Shown: positions 40,745 through 49,222 of the stretch, piece by piece
How positions within the stretch are numbered: position 1 is the stretch's first letter
Layout of the letters: every line of letters begins with the position of its first letter
Origin: Candidatus Krumholzibacteriia bacterium
GTDB lineage: Bacteria; Krumholzibacteriota; Krumholzibacteriia; LZORAL124-64-63
Assembly: GCA_963825035.1 (NCBI GenBank)
Contig: CAWGRT010000011.1
Location: 18,874 to 82,873, forward strand
Length of the DNA stretch: 64,000 nucleotides
Direction of reading: 5' to 3'
The notes under the pieces: generated by a model
Seen by the model: only the letters and a program-made list of their open reading frames with translations
Databases searched by the model: none
Told to the model about the DNA's origin: nothing
Made by a program: the position numbers and the translations under genes

Positions 40745-40890
40745 GTTCTGCCTCCTCCACCGGATCGGAAACCTTCCCCCTTGTGAACGCCGTTCGTCAG
40801 ATTGGCGACGCGTTCACCGGCAAGCCGACCCGGTACATCATTGAAGACGGTATGTCAGGAACCCGGCCAGGGAAATGATGACGGTCAAGT

Positions 40891-41655
40891 CTATTCGGAT
40901 ATATTCACGAAATCGGGAAGATTGTCGGGGCCATCCCGGTCCTGGCGCCGCCCTGTCCGCAGCTCGTCCCGTTCGACCCTCTCCAGCCCCGCCGCGTCCC
41001 GGAGCTCGATCCGCCGTCGGTCCACGGAGATCAGGCCCTTGGACGCGAACTCGGCCAGGGTGCGCGACAGGGTTTCCGGCGTGGTGCCCACCATCTGGGC
41101 GATATCCTTGCGCTTGAGCTGCAGGCGCGGGAACGGGGACCAACTGTCGCCGGGCACCCGCCGCCCGTGCAGCAGCAGCAGCACGTCGGCGATGCGCCGC
41201 TTCACCGGCCGCCGGGTCAGCACCATCAGCATGTCCTCCGAATAGCGCAGTTCCCTGGCCATGTAGGCCAGCGCCGCCCGGGCGAAGGCCGGCGAGTGCT
41301 CCAGGGTCTCGAGCACCGCCGATGCCGGGTAGCGGGCTGCGCGGCAGGGTTCGAGGGCCACGGCGGACGCCGCGAGGGTGTCGCCCGCCAGGACGGGCCG
41401 CAGGCCGAAGATGCTGCCGGCACCCAGGAGCCGGATGACCTGGGGGTCGCCCCGTTCGCCCGAGCGGGTCAGCTTGACCGAGCCCTCGAGGATCAGGTTC
41501 ACGCAGTGGGGAGGATCGCCTTCGACACAGAAGATGTGACCGGCGGGATGCGTCTGCACGCGCCGAACTGCGTCCAATCGCAGCTTCACCGCGGGTTCGA
41601 GCATCCCGAAGAGGCCGTCTTCGGGGCGGGGGATCCGGGCAGGATCAGCCTGCAT
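40891..41655 (-). CDS. Crp/Fnr-family transcriptional regulator
   Basis: The cNMP-binding beta-roll is FCVEGDPPHCVNLILEGSVKLTRSGERGDPQVIRLLGAGSIFG. The C-terminal HTH is RKDIAQMVGTTPETLSRTLAEFASKGLISVDRRRIEL. Confidence 0.85.
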   Translation of the reverse strand: MQADPARIPRPEDGLFGMLEPAVKLRLDAVRRVQTHPAGHIFCVEGDPPHCVNLILEGSVKLTRSGERGDPQVIRLLGAGSIFGLRPVLAGDTLAASAVALEPCRAARYPASAVLETLEHSPAFARAALAYMARELRYSEDMLMVLTRRPVKRRIADVLLLLHGRRVPGDSWSPFPRLQLKRKDIAQMVGTTPETLSRTLAEFASKGLISVDRRRIELRDAAGLERVERDELRTGRRQDRDGPDNLPDFVNISE

Positions 41656-41858
41656 GGCGGACCTCCAAAGTTGGCTGGGGGCGGTGGTCCCTCCGGAAGA
41701 TCATTCTCCGGACCGGCCGATCCGCAATACAATTTCCACAATATCGACATTATGGTGTTATCATAGGTTGCGGGAAAAGACAAGGAAATTGAGCGAAATA
41801 AGGCATGTCCCCGCGCCAGGGAGAATTCCAGGATCTCGCGTTGCGCACAGGAGATCAA

Positions 41859-42677
41859 ATGAAAAGGCAAACCATAGGAATCGTGTTCACGCTGGCGCTC
41901 GTTCTGGGCCTGGGCGCCTGGTCCGGCTGCTCCGACTCCACCGCGCCGACGACGCCCGCGGGATCCGGCCGGCTGACCCTTTCCCTGACCGACGCCCCCG
42001 GGGACTTCGATGCGGTCAACCTGGTGGTGACGGGCGTGCGCGCCCATCGCGCCGACGGGGATTCCACCGGTGGCTGGATCACCGTCTGCGACGACACCTT
42101 CACGGTGGACCTGCTGACCCTCGTCGGCGGCCACAGCATGGTGCTGGCGGACACGCTGCTGCCGGCCGGGAACTACACCCAGATCCGGCTGCTGCTGGGC
42201 GACGGTTGCAACGTCGTGGTGGACGGCACGGCCCACGACCTGGAGGTACCCAGCGGCCAGACCTCAGGCTTGAAGCTGAACCACCCGTTCACCTTGGCCG
42301 AGGGGAACGTCTACGCGGCCACCCTCGACTTCGACGCCCACCGCTCCATCCACCGCACCGGCAACGGGCGCTGGATGCTGCGGCCGGTGATCCGGGTGTG
42401 CGTGGATGCGGTCTCCGGCCGGCTGACGGGCCTCATCGATCCGGCGGCGGCGCGGGCCGCGGTCTGGGCCGTGGCCGGCAGCGACTCGGTGCTGGCCTAC
42501 GCCGACACCCTGACCGGCGCCTTCAACCTGGGCCCGCTGGCCGCCGGAACGTGGGACCTGTCGGTGCTGCCCACCGTCGCCGGCTGGGCCGACACCACCC
42601 TGGCGGGTGTGGTCGTCAGTGCCGGTGGGACCACGGACCTGGGCACGGTCGCGCTGACCGCCGTGCCTGCACCCTAG
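41859..42677 (+). CDS. DUF4382-domain lipoprotein
   Basis: Start and lipobox are MKRQTIGIVFTLALVLGLGAWSGCS. The DUF4382 pattern is LSLTDAPGDFDAVNLVVTGV...TVDLLTLVGG...LPAGNYTQIRLLLG...LEVPSGQTSGLKLNHPF...LDFDAHRSIHRTGNGRWMLRPVIRV. Confidence 0.75.
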   Translation: MKRQTIGIVFTLALVLGLGAWSGCSDSTAPTTPAGSGRLTLSLTDAPGDFDAVNLVVTGVRAHRADGDSTGGWITVCDDTFTVDLLTLVGGHSMVLADTLLPAGNYTQIRLLLGDGCNVVVDGTAHDLEVPSGQTSGLKLNHPFTLAEGNVYAATLDFDAHRSIHRTGNGRWMLRPVIRVCVDAVSGRLTGLIDPAAARAAVWAVAGSDSVLAYADTLTGAFNLGPLAAGTWDLSVLPTVAGWADTTLAGVVVSAGGTTDLGTVALTAVPAP

Positions 42678-42687
42678 CCCTTGCTCC

Positions 42688-42719
42688 GCGGCCGTTCCGG
42701 CGTCGGCCGGAACGGCCGC
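42688..42719 (+). terminator. Strong GC hairpin directly after the DUF4382 gene
   Basis: Perfect 13-bp stem gcggccgttccgg / ccggaacggccgc with a 6-nt loop. It starts 11 nt after the stop at 42677. There is no T-tract. Confidence 0.5.
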
Positions 42720-42818
42720 AGAACCCCTCGCCTGACCCACTTCCCGCTGGACAAATCGGCAGGCCCCGGCTACCATCTTGCGGGTTCCGGGGACGAATAC
42801 GCCGCGCGTCGGGAAGCG

Positions 42819-42854
42819 CCGTCGGTCCGATTCCAGGCCGACGGAATCTTTTTT
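42819..42854 (+). terminator. Canonical intrinsic terminator (hairpin plus T6)
   Basis: Stem ccgtcgg(t)cc / ggccgacgg, followed by AATCTTTTTTGG. It lies about 100 nt downstream of the previous hairpin, with no ORF in between. Confidence 0.55.
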
Positions 42855-43051
42855 GGCGGGGCGTCGCCGCCGGACACCAGCCTTGTGCACGATGTCGTCC
42901 GGCCGTGGCCGGGCGTGAGGATTCCCCGCCCCGGGGAATGGGGTCCGGCACAGGTCGGACTTGTGCGGAGCCCGTGGGGTTGACTGGATTTGGCCGGAAA
43001 TCCCGGAATGGGCTTGATTTGGACGGCAATGCCGTCAAGTGGAGAGAGAAC

Positions 43052-43382
43052 ATGAAGAAGCTCTACGTGGGCAACCTGCCCTTCACCGCGACCGACGACG
43101 AAATCAACGAACTCTTCGGCCAGCATGGCACCGTGCACTCGGTGGCGCTGATCAACGATCGTGAGACCGGCCGGCCCCGCGGCTTCGGCTTCGTCGAGAT
43201 GGACGACGACGCTGCCATGGCGGCCATGCAGGCTCTGGACGGCGCGGAGCTGGGCGGCCGGACCCTGCGGGTCAACGAGGCCCAGGATCGTCGGAATGGC
43301 GGCGGCGGCGGTGGCGGCGGCGGTGGCCGTGGCGGTCGCGGCGGCTACGGCGGCGGCTGGTGGCGGCGGCGGCCGCTGGTAG
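43052..43382 (+). CDS. RRM-type glycine-rich RNA-binding protein (the 3' end is ambiguous in the Gly tract)
   Basis: A GGAGAGAG RBS precedes the start. The protein is MKKLYVGNLPFTATDDEINELFGQHGTVHSVALINDRETGRPRGFGFVEMDDDAAMAAMQALDGAELGGRTLRVNEAQ, with RNP2 and RNP1 motifs, followed by a GGGGGGGGGGRGGRGGYGGG tail. In the given frame the ORF runs on to 43510. A 1-nt shift inside the GGC repeat gives ...GGGGGRW-stop at 43382. Confidence 0.8.
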
Positions 43383-43464
43383 TTTCACCAGCCCACAGCG
43401 ATGACGCGGGCCCCGTTTCCCTTCTGGAGGCGGGGTCCTCGTACGAGTTGTACCGCGACGATTG

Positions 43465-44715
43465 GGTTGTGCCGCGACGATTGTGTCCGTACCGCAGGTG
43501 CGAGTTGTGAGTTGGCTCGTGCTTCGCGGTTGGTTGAACGCTTTACGCTAGAGCGGCCTAGGAATGGGCACGCCGGATCGGCACCGACGGAGAGGTCCCG
43601 CGCGTCTGGATCGTGCTGTCACGGTACATTGCCCACCGCGGCGGCAACGGGACGTGGTCGGGGAAGATCCTCTCCGCCAGCACATCCTCGACAGTCAACG
43701 GCCGATCCACCATCCCCCGCGCCATCGCCGGCGTCGGGCTCCCCCGCTGCTTCTCCCGCCGACCCTTCATGTAGTTGCGCCATACCAGGAAGATCGCCAG
43801 CCGCTCGGCGCTGCACTGCCGCCGCTTCGACCAGGCGATCGTCTCCCGCTTGTGGTTGGCGCTGCAATGGCGGATCAACAGATCCAGCAGATTCACTTCC
43901 CACAACGGGTTGCGATTGTCCCGCCGCTCCTTGCTCGACGTCACCCGGTGACGGATATGCGGCGCCAGACCCCGCATCGCCCGCGGGTAGGCCTTGTGGT
44001 CGTCGCTGTAGATCGTCACTTCCGGTTGGCGACCGATCACGACCTCCAGCAACTCGCGCACGTCCTTGCGCACCGCCTGCGGATCGGGACGGCCATACAA
44101 TCGCTCCAGTTCGGCCCGACGCTTCTTCTGCGCGGGAGTCATCGTGCCGCTGCGCCGCACCTCGCTGTCGGTGAAGTAGAGGAAGAAGTCGGTGTCCTTC
44201 TCAACAGCGACATGATGGTGGAACGGCTGGTACTGGGAGCGCTCGAAGGTGACGAAGCCGTCGATCACGATCTGCGACGCCGGCGGGGCCGACTGCATCT
44301 GCAAAGCGTGCAAGTGCATGCAGTGGCGGCCGAGCCGTGACAGCCGCCGGTCGATGGTCGCCGGTGCGACGCCCAGGTCGCGCGCGAGCTGGCGGTTGGC
44401 CATGCAGCCGACGGTCTTGGTGATGATCAGGGCGTCGAGTTCGGGCTTCCGCTGCCAGTAGGTGGTGGAGAAGGTCTGGGAGCTGAACGAGCGGCGGCAG
44501 TGGAGGCATGTGAACCGCTGGATACGGTGGGGGCGGGCCTGTCGCCGGAAGAATCCGGTCTTCTTGTAGCGCCAGCCGGCGGTCAACTGCCTGTGGTATG
44601 GGCAGTTGGGGTTGGGGCAGAAGGGTGGGCGCCAGGCCGGATGGTGCTGTTTGGGGGTGAACATACCCGGCCCGGTCGCAGGGACCGGGCCGGACACAAT
44701 CCTTGAGGCACAACC
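43465..44715 (-). mobile_element. IS1-family insertion sequence (single-ORF type), about 1.25 kb
   Basis: The terminal inverted repeats are 25 nt with 22/25 identity. The left one is GGTTGTGCCgcgacGATTGTGTCCG (43465-43489). The reverse complement of the right one is GGTTGTGCCtcaagGATTGTGTCCG (44691-44715). The ends fit the IS1-family GGnnnTG rule. The element encloses one transposase ORF. I found no clear target-site duplication. Confidence 0.65.
43558..44664 (-). CDS. Transposase with an N-terminal zinc-ribbon (IS1-like)
   Basis: Lies within ORF 43558..44985. The start is MFTPKQHHPAWRPPFCPNPNCPYHRQ...FTCLHCRRSFSSQTF, containing Cys pairs. An HTH-like segment is VGCMANRQLARDLGVAPATIDRRL. The catalytic-core-like part is IVIDGFVTFERSQYQPFHH...TIYSDDHKAYPRAM...NLLDLLIRHCSANHKRETIAWSKR. 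The ORF is intact. Confidence 0.8.
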   Translation of the reverse strand: MFTPKQHHPAWRPPFCPNPNCPYHRQLTAGWRYKKTGFFRRQARPHRIQRFTCLHCRRSFSSQTFSTTYWQRKPELDALIITKTVGCMANRQLARDLGVAPATIDRRLSRLGRHCMHLHALQMQSAPPASQIVIDGFVTFERSQYQPFHHHVAVEKDTDFFLYFTDSEVRRSGTMTPAQKKRRAELERLYGRPDPQAVRKDVRELLEVVIGRQPEVTIYSDDHKAYPRAMRGLAPHIRHRVTSSKERRDNRNPLWEVNLLDLLIRHCSANHKRETIAWSKRRQCSAERLAIFLVWRNYMKGRREKQRGSPTPAMARGMVDRPLTVEDVLAERIFPDHVPLPPRWAMYRDSTIQTRGTSPSVPIRRAHS

Positions 44716-45257
44716 TAGTCGACGGTCAGGATCAGGAAGCGCTCGCCGCGGATCTCCAGGGGTCGGGTCCGCACCGTCAAGCGCAGGTCGCCAATATCCG
44801 GCGCCCGGTGGATGACGCAGTCCCTGCGGCACCCTTCTCCGGCTACGGCGGCGAGGATCGCCTGCAGGGCGCCGCACGAGCCGCAGGCGGCAGACGTGCC
44901 GCACCCGCCGGGCTCCGCGTCGGCATGCACGCAACGGAAGATTTCGCCCGGCCTGCCGCCGGTGGGATCCTCCTGGCCTTCGCATTCCCGCAGGACCTTG
45001 TGGAAGGAGCCGTTCGCCGCCAGGACCTGGCGGTTCTCGTTGAGCACGGCCACCGGTCCGGACAGCGCCTTCAGCAGCTTGGTGGCGAAGTCGGCCTGGG
45101 CCAAGCGCCTCTGCTGCGCGCGGATCTCCTCGAGGGGGCTCCGATCGGCCAGATCGTTGGGGCGGGTGGTGTTCGTCGCGGTTTCGGCCAAGTTAGACCT
45201 CGAGCCGGTGATGGCGAATTGTTGTGGCTGATCTTCATGTTCGGCCGCCGCCGGCAA
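44715..45257 (-). CDS. Small PAS-like sensor-domain protein with a Cys/His cluster
   Basis: 180-aa ORF. The PAS-like core is VAVLNENRQVLAANGSFHKVL...PGEIFRCVHADAEPGGCGTSAACGSCGALQAI...RLTVRTRPLEIRGERFLILTVD. The G of its TAG stop codon is the first base of the IS inverted repeat. Confidence 0.5.
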   Translation of the reverse strand: MPAAAEHEDQPQQFAITGSRSNLAETATNTTRPNDLADRSPLEEIRAQQRRLAQADFATKLLKALSGPVAVLNENRQVLAANGSFHKVLRECEGQEDPTGGRPGEIFRCVHADAEPGGCGTSAACGSCGALQAILAAVAGEGCRRDCVIHRAPDIGDLRLTVRTRPLEIRGERFLILTVD

Positions 45258-45370
45258 CGAGTTAGGGAACAGTTTCCGCGCGGTCGAGCCTTCCTGCTTC
45301 GCCGTTGGCCGACCAAGCGGTACTCTGGCCCGGCCGGACCGGCGGTCGGTCCGGCGCAGCGGGAGGGTCC

Positions 45371-46732
45371 ATGCGCCGGCGCCTCGAATACGTCCTGCCC
45401 ATCATGGCGGTGGCCGTGCTCGGCCACCTGCCCGTGCTGCGCTCCTGGTGGTTCCACGACGATTGGTACTTCCTGGCCGACGCCGCCGGCCTCGCCGCGC
45501 GCGGCCCCGGCCTGGTGCGGCCGGTCAGCTACCAGCTCTACTGGTCGGTGTTCTGGCCCCTGTTCGGGCTGACGCCCTGGCCCTGGGCCGCGACCCGGTT
45601 GGCCCTGCACGCGGGGGGCGCCCTGCTGGCCGCCCGCCTGGCGGCCCGCGGCGGCCTGGACCGCCACGGCCAGATGACCGCCGGGCTGCTCTTCGCCGCG
45701 GCGCCGGTGGCGTTCGAGAGCCTGGCCTGGGGCACGGGAGCCGTCGAACTGCTGGGCACCGTGTTCGCCCTGGCGGCGGTGGAACGTTGGCTGGCGGGTA
45801 CGCCCCGCGCCCGCTGGACCGCCCTGGGCCTGGCCGTCTTGGCGGTGCTCAGCAAGGAGGCGGGGCTGCTGCTGGCGGTATTCTTCGCCTGGGACCTGAT
45901 CCGGCGGCGCGCCTGGCGGTCGCCCCTGGCCGTGGGCACGGCGGTGCTGACGATGCTGGGCATCTGGGCCGCCTGGTTGGTGGCGCGGGACTTCCGCACC
46001 ACCGCGGACTATGCCGTGGACCTGGCGCACGCACCGCGCAACCTGCTGGTGTTCGGCTCGTGGCTGCTGACCCCGGGGCCCCTGCTGCGCGAGGCCACCC
46101 TCGGCACCACCGTCGGGCTGTTGACCGGTGCACTGGCCTGGGGGCTGTGGGGCGGCGCCGTGCAGGCCACGCGGCCGGACCGGCGGGCCTTCGCCGCCGG
46201 CGGCCTGGGGCTGGGGCTGCTGGCCGTCCTGCCGGCGCTGGTCACCGGTGATCACGCCGTGCCCCGCTACTGCTACGCACCCTTCGCGGCCGTGGCCGTG
46301 GGTGTCGCGCTGCTGCTGTATCCGGGCCGCGGCCCGTCCCGCGCCACGGTGGGGCTGCTGACCGTGCTGCTGACGGCCGGCACCCTGGGCGGGACCCTGT
46401 ACCAGCGGGACGCCCGCCATCCCAGCGGCCGGCCGGTCCACCGCCTGGTGTTCAAGGAGGAGGTCTCGCGGTTGGCCTGCCAGACCATCCTGGCGGCGGA
46501 CATCGGACCCGGTGAGCGCGTGGTGTTCCTCAAGGCGCCCGGCACCGACGATCGACAGTTCGCCCTGGTGCGGGAGGTGCTGGGAGAGGACCGGGCCGTG
46601 CGGCTGCTGACCCACCCGGATGTGCAGGTGACCTGGCGCGAAAGCCCCGCGGCCGGGGACCGCGGGGCCTTCGTGTTCCTGGTGCGCGGCGCGATGCTCG
46701 CCGTCCAGGGGCGGGCTGCCGGGACCGGCTAG
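45371..46732 (+). CDS. Polytopic membrane protein, GT-C/ArnT-like fold suspected
   Basis: Start MRRRLEYVLPIMAVAVLGHLP follows a GGGAGGG RBS. There are about 11 hydrophobic segments followed by a soluble C-terminal domain. The early motif is WFHDDWYFLAD. The family assignment is tentative. Confidence 0.55.
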   Translation: MRRRLEYVLPIMAVAVLGHLPVLRSWWFHDDWYFLADAAGLAARGPGLVRPVSYQLYWSVFWPLFGLTPWPWAATRLALHAGGALLAARLAARGGLDRHGQMTAGLLFAAAPVAFESLAWGTGAVELLGTVFALAAVERWLAGTPRARWTALGLAVLAVLSKEAGLLLAVFFAWDLIRRRAWRSPLAVGTAVLTMLGIWAAWLVARDFRTTADYAVDLAHAPRNLLVFGSWLLTPGPLLREATLGTTVGLLTGALAWGLWGGAVQATRPDRRAFAAGGLGLGLLAVLPALVTGDHAVPRYCYAPFAAVAVGVALLLYPGRGPSRATVGLLTVLLTAGTLGGTLYQRDARHPSGRPVHRLVFKEEVSRLACQTILAADIGPGERVVFLKAPGTDDRQFALVREVLGEDRAVRLLTHPDVQVTWRESPAAGDRGAFVFLVRGAMLAVQGRAAGTG

Positions 46733-47226
46733 GCCGGCGGGCCGCCCGCGCCGCGGGTGCGGCTGCGCTCGATGGACTGCAGGGCCAGGTACTCGTTGCC
46801 GAACCGCTTCAGGTTGTCCAGCTCGGTATCGTACTGGTCGAAGTGCCGCTCCTCGTCCACCACCAGCCCCTCGAAGATGGTCTTGGACACCGAATCGGCG
46901 TTCTGGGCGCACTCGTTGGCCATGCGGTTGTAGTCCTTGGCGCTGCCCTCTTCCATGCCGCAGGCCTTCTCCAGCATCTTGGCCACGTCGGTGATCTTCT
47001 CCACGGGGTCGGCGGCCACCATCTCCACCTCGCCCTTGAGGAAGAGGATGCGCTCGGCCAGCTTCTCGATGTGCATCATCTCGTCGATGGCCGTGCGCTT
47101 GAAGAGCTGGGCCAGCAGGTCGAAACCCTGGTCATCGCAGTGGAAGTGGAAGTACATGTACTGGTGGACGGCCGCCAGTTCGTCGCCGACGGCGGCGTTC
47201 AGCAGCTTGACGCTTGCCTTGTGCAT
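46729..47226 (-). CDS. bfr: Bacterioferritin-family protein
   Basis: The protein is MHKASVKLLNAAVGDELAAVHQYMYFHFHCDDQGF...RTAIDEMMHIEKLAERILFLKGEVEM...GMEEGSAKDYN...EGLVVDEERHFDQY. It contains the ferroxidase E/H ligands and the IDEM-x-H-x-x-KL-x-ERILFL block typical of Bfr. A GAGGGAGGG RBS precedes the start. Confidence 0.85.
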   Translation of the reverse strand: MHKASVKLLNAAVGDELAAVHQYMYFHFHCDDQGFDLLAQLFKRTAIDEMMHIEKLAERILFLKGEVEMVAADPVEKITDVAKMLEKACGMEEGSAKDYNRMANECAQNADSVSKTIFEGLVVDEERHFDQYDTELDNLKRFGNEYLALQSIERSRTRGAGGPPA

Positions 47227-47314
47227 CGGACCCTCCCTCTCGCGGTGAAATCCCACACCTGTATCCCTCCCAATATCATGCCGGCGGCGGGGCGCCACAA
47301 GGTGCGGGCGGTCG

Positions 47315-48148
47315 TCAGGAGCGGAGCTTGGCCGCGTTGACCTCGGCGGCCCGGATGGGCGGCCGGCGGTCGCCGGTCTCGCCCTCCCGCAGGCGGTACT
47401 CCCACAATTTCAGGTAGGTGAGCTGGGAGTTCATGGCCGTCAGCAGGGCCAGCCAGAAGCCGGGGGCGCCGTCGCGCCAGCCGCCCTTGGACACGTACAT
47501 GCGCAGGAACGCCGACAAGGGGTTGAAGATGAGCTTGGTCCAGCCGGCGCGGGCGCCGGGGTCGCGGCGCAGCTTGTTGGTCACGTCCAGGGAGGAGTAG
47601 TCGTTCATGCGGGCCACGTAGGCGTAGACGTGGTCGTAGGTGTAGTGGTTCATGGGGCCGTCCAGGCGGCCGACGGGGCCGTCGCAGTCGTACCCACCGT
47701 GCACTTCCTGGTGCTGGAAACGGACACGGTCCCGGCGGCAGAGGCGGAATTGCCAGTCGGGATACCAGCCGCCATGCCCGAGCCAGCGGCCGAAGGCCTG
47801 GACCCGCCGCAGGATGCGGTAGCCCGCCGGTTGGCCGTCCGCGCCGGTCCAACCGTCGACCACGCCGCGGATCTGGGCCGCCAGGGCGGGGGTGATCTCC
47901 TCGTCCGCGTCCAGGACCAGCACCCAGTCGCCGGTGGCGTAGCCGACGCCCCGCTCCACCTGCCGGCTGGAACCCGGGTACTCGTGCTGGTATATGCGGT
48001 CGGTGTAGGCGCGGGCCGCCGCCACGGTGCCGTCGGTGCTGAAGGAGTCGACGACCACGATCTCGTCGGCCCAGCGCACGCTGCCCAGGCTGCGGTCGAG
48101 ATTGTGTTCCTCGTTGCGGGTGATCATGACCACCGAGAGTGTCGGCAT
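47315..48148 (-). CDS. Family 2 glycosyltransferase
   Basis: The protein starts MPTLSVVMITRNEEHNLDRSLGSVRWADEIVVVDSFSTDGT...GDWVLVLDADEE, which includes the DxD motif. The ORF is intact. Confidence 0.85.
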   Translation of the reverse strand: MPTLSVVMITRNEEHNLDRSLGSVRWADEIVVVDSFSTDGTVAAARAYTDRIYQHEYPGSSRQVERGVGYATGDWVLVLDADEEITPALAAQIRGVVDGWTGADGQPAGYRILRRVQAFGRWLGHGGWYPDWQFRLCRRDRVRFQHQEVHGGYDCDGPVGRLDGPMNHYTYDHVYAYVARMNDYSSLDVTNKLRRDPGARAGWTKLIFNPLSAFLRMYVSKGGWRDGAPGFWLALLTAMNSQLTYLKLWEYRLREGETGDRRPPIRAAEVNAAKLRS

Positions 48149-48322
48149 GGGCCACCGCCGGGTTGGAGACGATGCGGCGCGGACGCGCCGATAGTAGGCG
48201 GGACCGGACGCCCGGGCAAGGCGCCACGCGGGATGGCCTTGTGTCCGGACCGGCGCCGCGCTAAGCTGGCGGCCGCGCGAATCCGTCGCCCGTCCTCCAC
48301 CCTGAACCGGGAGAGATCTGCC

Positions 48323-48932
48323 ATGCGGAGACCGAACAGCTTCCTGCTGCCGGCCCTGATCCTGGCGCTGGCCTGGCCCCTGGCCGCCTCGGCCATCACC
48401 GAGCCGAAGACCGAGACCGAGTATCCCGACATCGATGACCGTCGCCTGCGACGGTCAGCAGGTGGAGTTGGCGGCCACCGGCGTGGGCCTGCGGGAGAAG
48501 ACCTTCCTGAAGGTGGACGTCTACACCATCGTCTCCTACGTGTTGGCGGGGGCGGACCTGGGCGAGGACAAGGGTGCCGGCCTGGTGGCCCTGCGCGAGC
48601 CCAAACGCCTGCAGATGAACCTGCGCCGCAGCTTCAGCCGGGAGAAGCTGATCAACGCCTTCGTCGAGGTCATCGAGAAGAACTACGAGGACACGTCCCC
48701 CTTCGCGGCGGATCTGGCCACCTTCGAGGGCTATTTCGACCGCGATGCCCAGGACGGCGACGTCATCATCTTCGACTACTGCCCGGCCACGGGCCTGACC
48801 ACCACCCTCAACGGGGACGTGAGCGGGGTCATCACCAATCCGGCGTTCGTGGAGGCCCTCTGGACCGTCTGGTTCGGGCAGAAGCCGGCCAGCGACGGCC
48901 TGAAGAAGGACCTGCTGAGCGCCATCATGTGA
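48323..48932 (+). CDS. Secreted chalcone-isomerase-like (CHI-fold) protein, one apparent frameshift near 48430
   Basis: Signal peptide MRRPNSFLLPALILALAWPLAASA is followed by ITEPKTETEYPDI. After the frame change, ORF 48435..48932 continues with MTVACDGQQVELAATGVGLREKTFLKVDVYTIVSYV...FVEALWTVWFG. Confidence 0.6.
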
Positions 48933-48979
48933 TCCCGGGACACCCCGGCCCGGGTTCTCCCGGGACTGCCGACGAGCGA

Positions 48980-49012
48980 ACGGCCGGACCCTGTGTCCGG
49001 CCGTCCTTTTTT
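48980..49012 (+). terminator. Rho-independent terminator
   Basis: Stem acggccggac / gtccggccgt (10 bp, 5-nt loop), followed by CCTTTTTTGG. It lies 48 nt after the stop at 48932. Confidence 0.65.
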
Positions 49013-49222
49013 GGGGACACGATAACGGAAATCGGCCTCAGAATGACCGTTTTAAGCGGATATTTTCACTCCTGTTAACTGCTAAACAAACAGCTTCACA
49101 CTCTAGAAACTGTGTGATATCGTATGTGCGAAATGTCGCTAAACTTCACCCGGCGGTGATATCCCGACGCACCAGGCAGCCGGACCAGCCAAGACCCCAA
49201 GCCTCTCCAAGGGGGGAAGCAC

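Noticed and set aside
43290-43380. The (GGC)n-rich tract, considered as a microsatellite or repeat feature
   Set aside because: It encodes the glycine-rich tail of the RRM protein. It is reported under that gene rather than as an independent repeat.
43453-43489. Direct repeat ccgcgacgattg (43453-43464 and 43472-43483) at the left IS end, considered as a target-site duplication or a second nested IR
   Set aside because: One copy lies inside the inverted repeat and the other in the flank, and nothing corresponds to it at the right flank (tagtcgac...). This does not satisfy the definition of a target-site duplication. It may be a coincidence or a remnant.
46729-46732. 4-nt overlap of the convergent stops (CTAG) of the membrane protein and bacterioferritin genes
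   Set aside because: This is a trivial consequence of the palindromic TAG/CTA. There is no evidence of regulatory significance.
49096-49117. Inverted repeat TCACAC-N10-GTGTGA in the AT-rich region upstream of hybO, considered as a Crp/Fnr-type operator
   Set aside because: The arms are only 6 bp. Their orientation and spacing do not match TGTGA-N6-TCACA or TTGAT-N4-ATCAA. A repeat like this is expected by chance in an AT-rich spacer. It is worth a look only if a genome-wide motif search recovers it.
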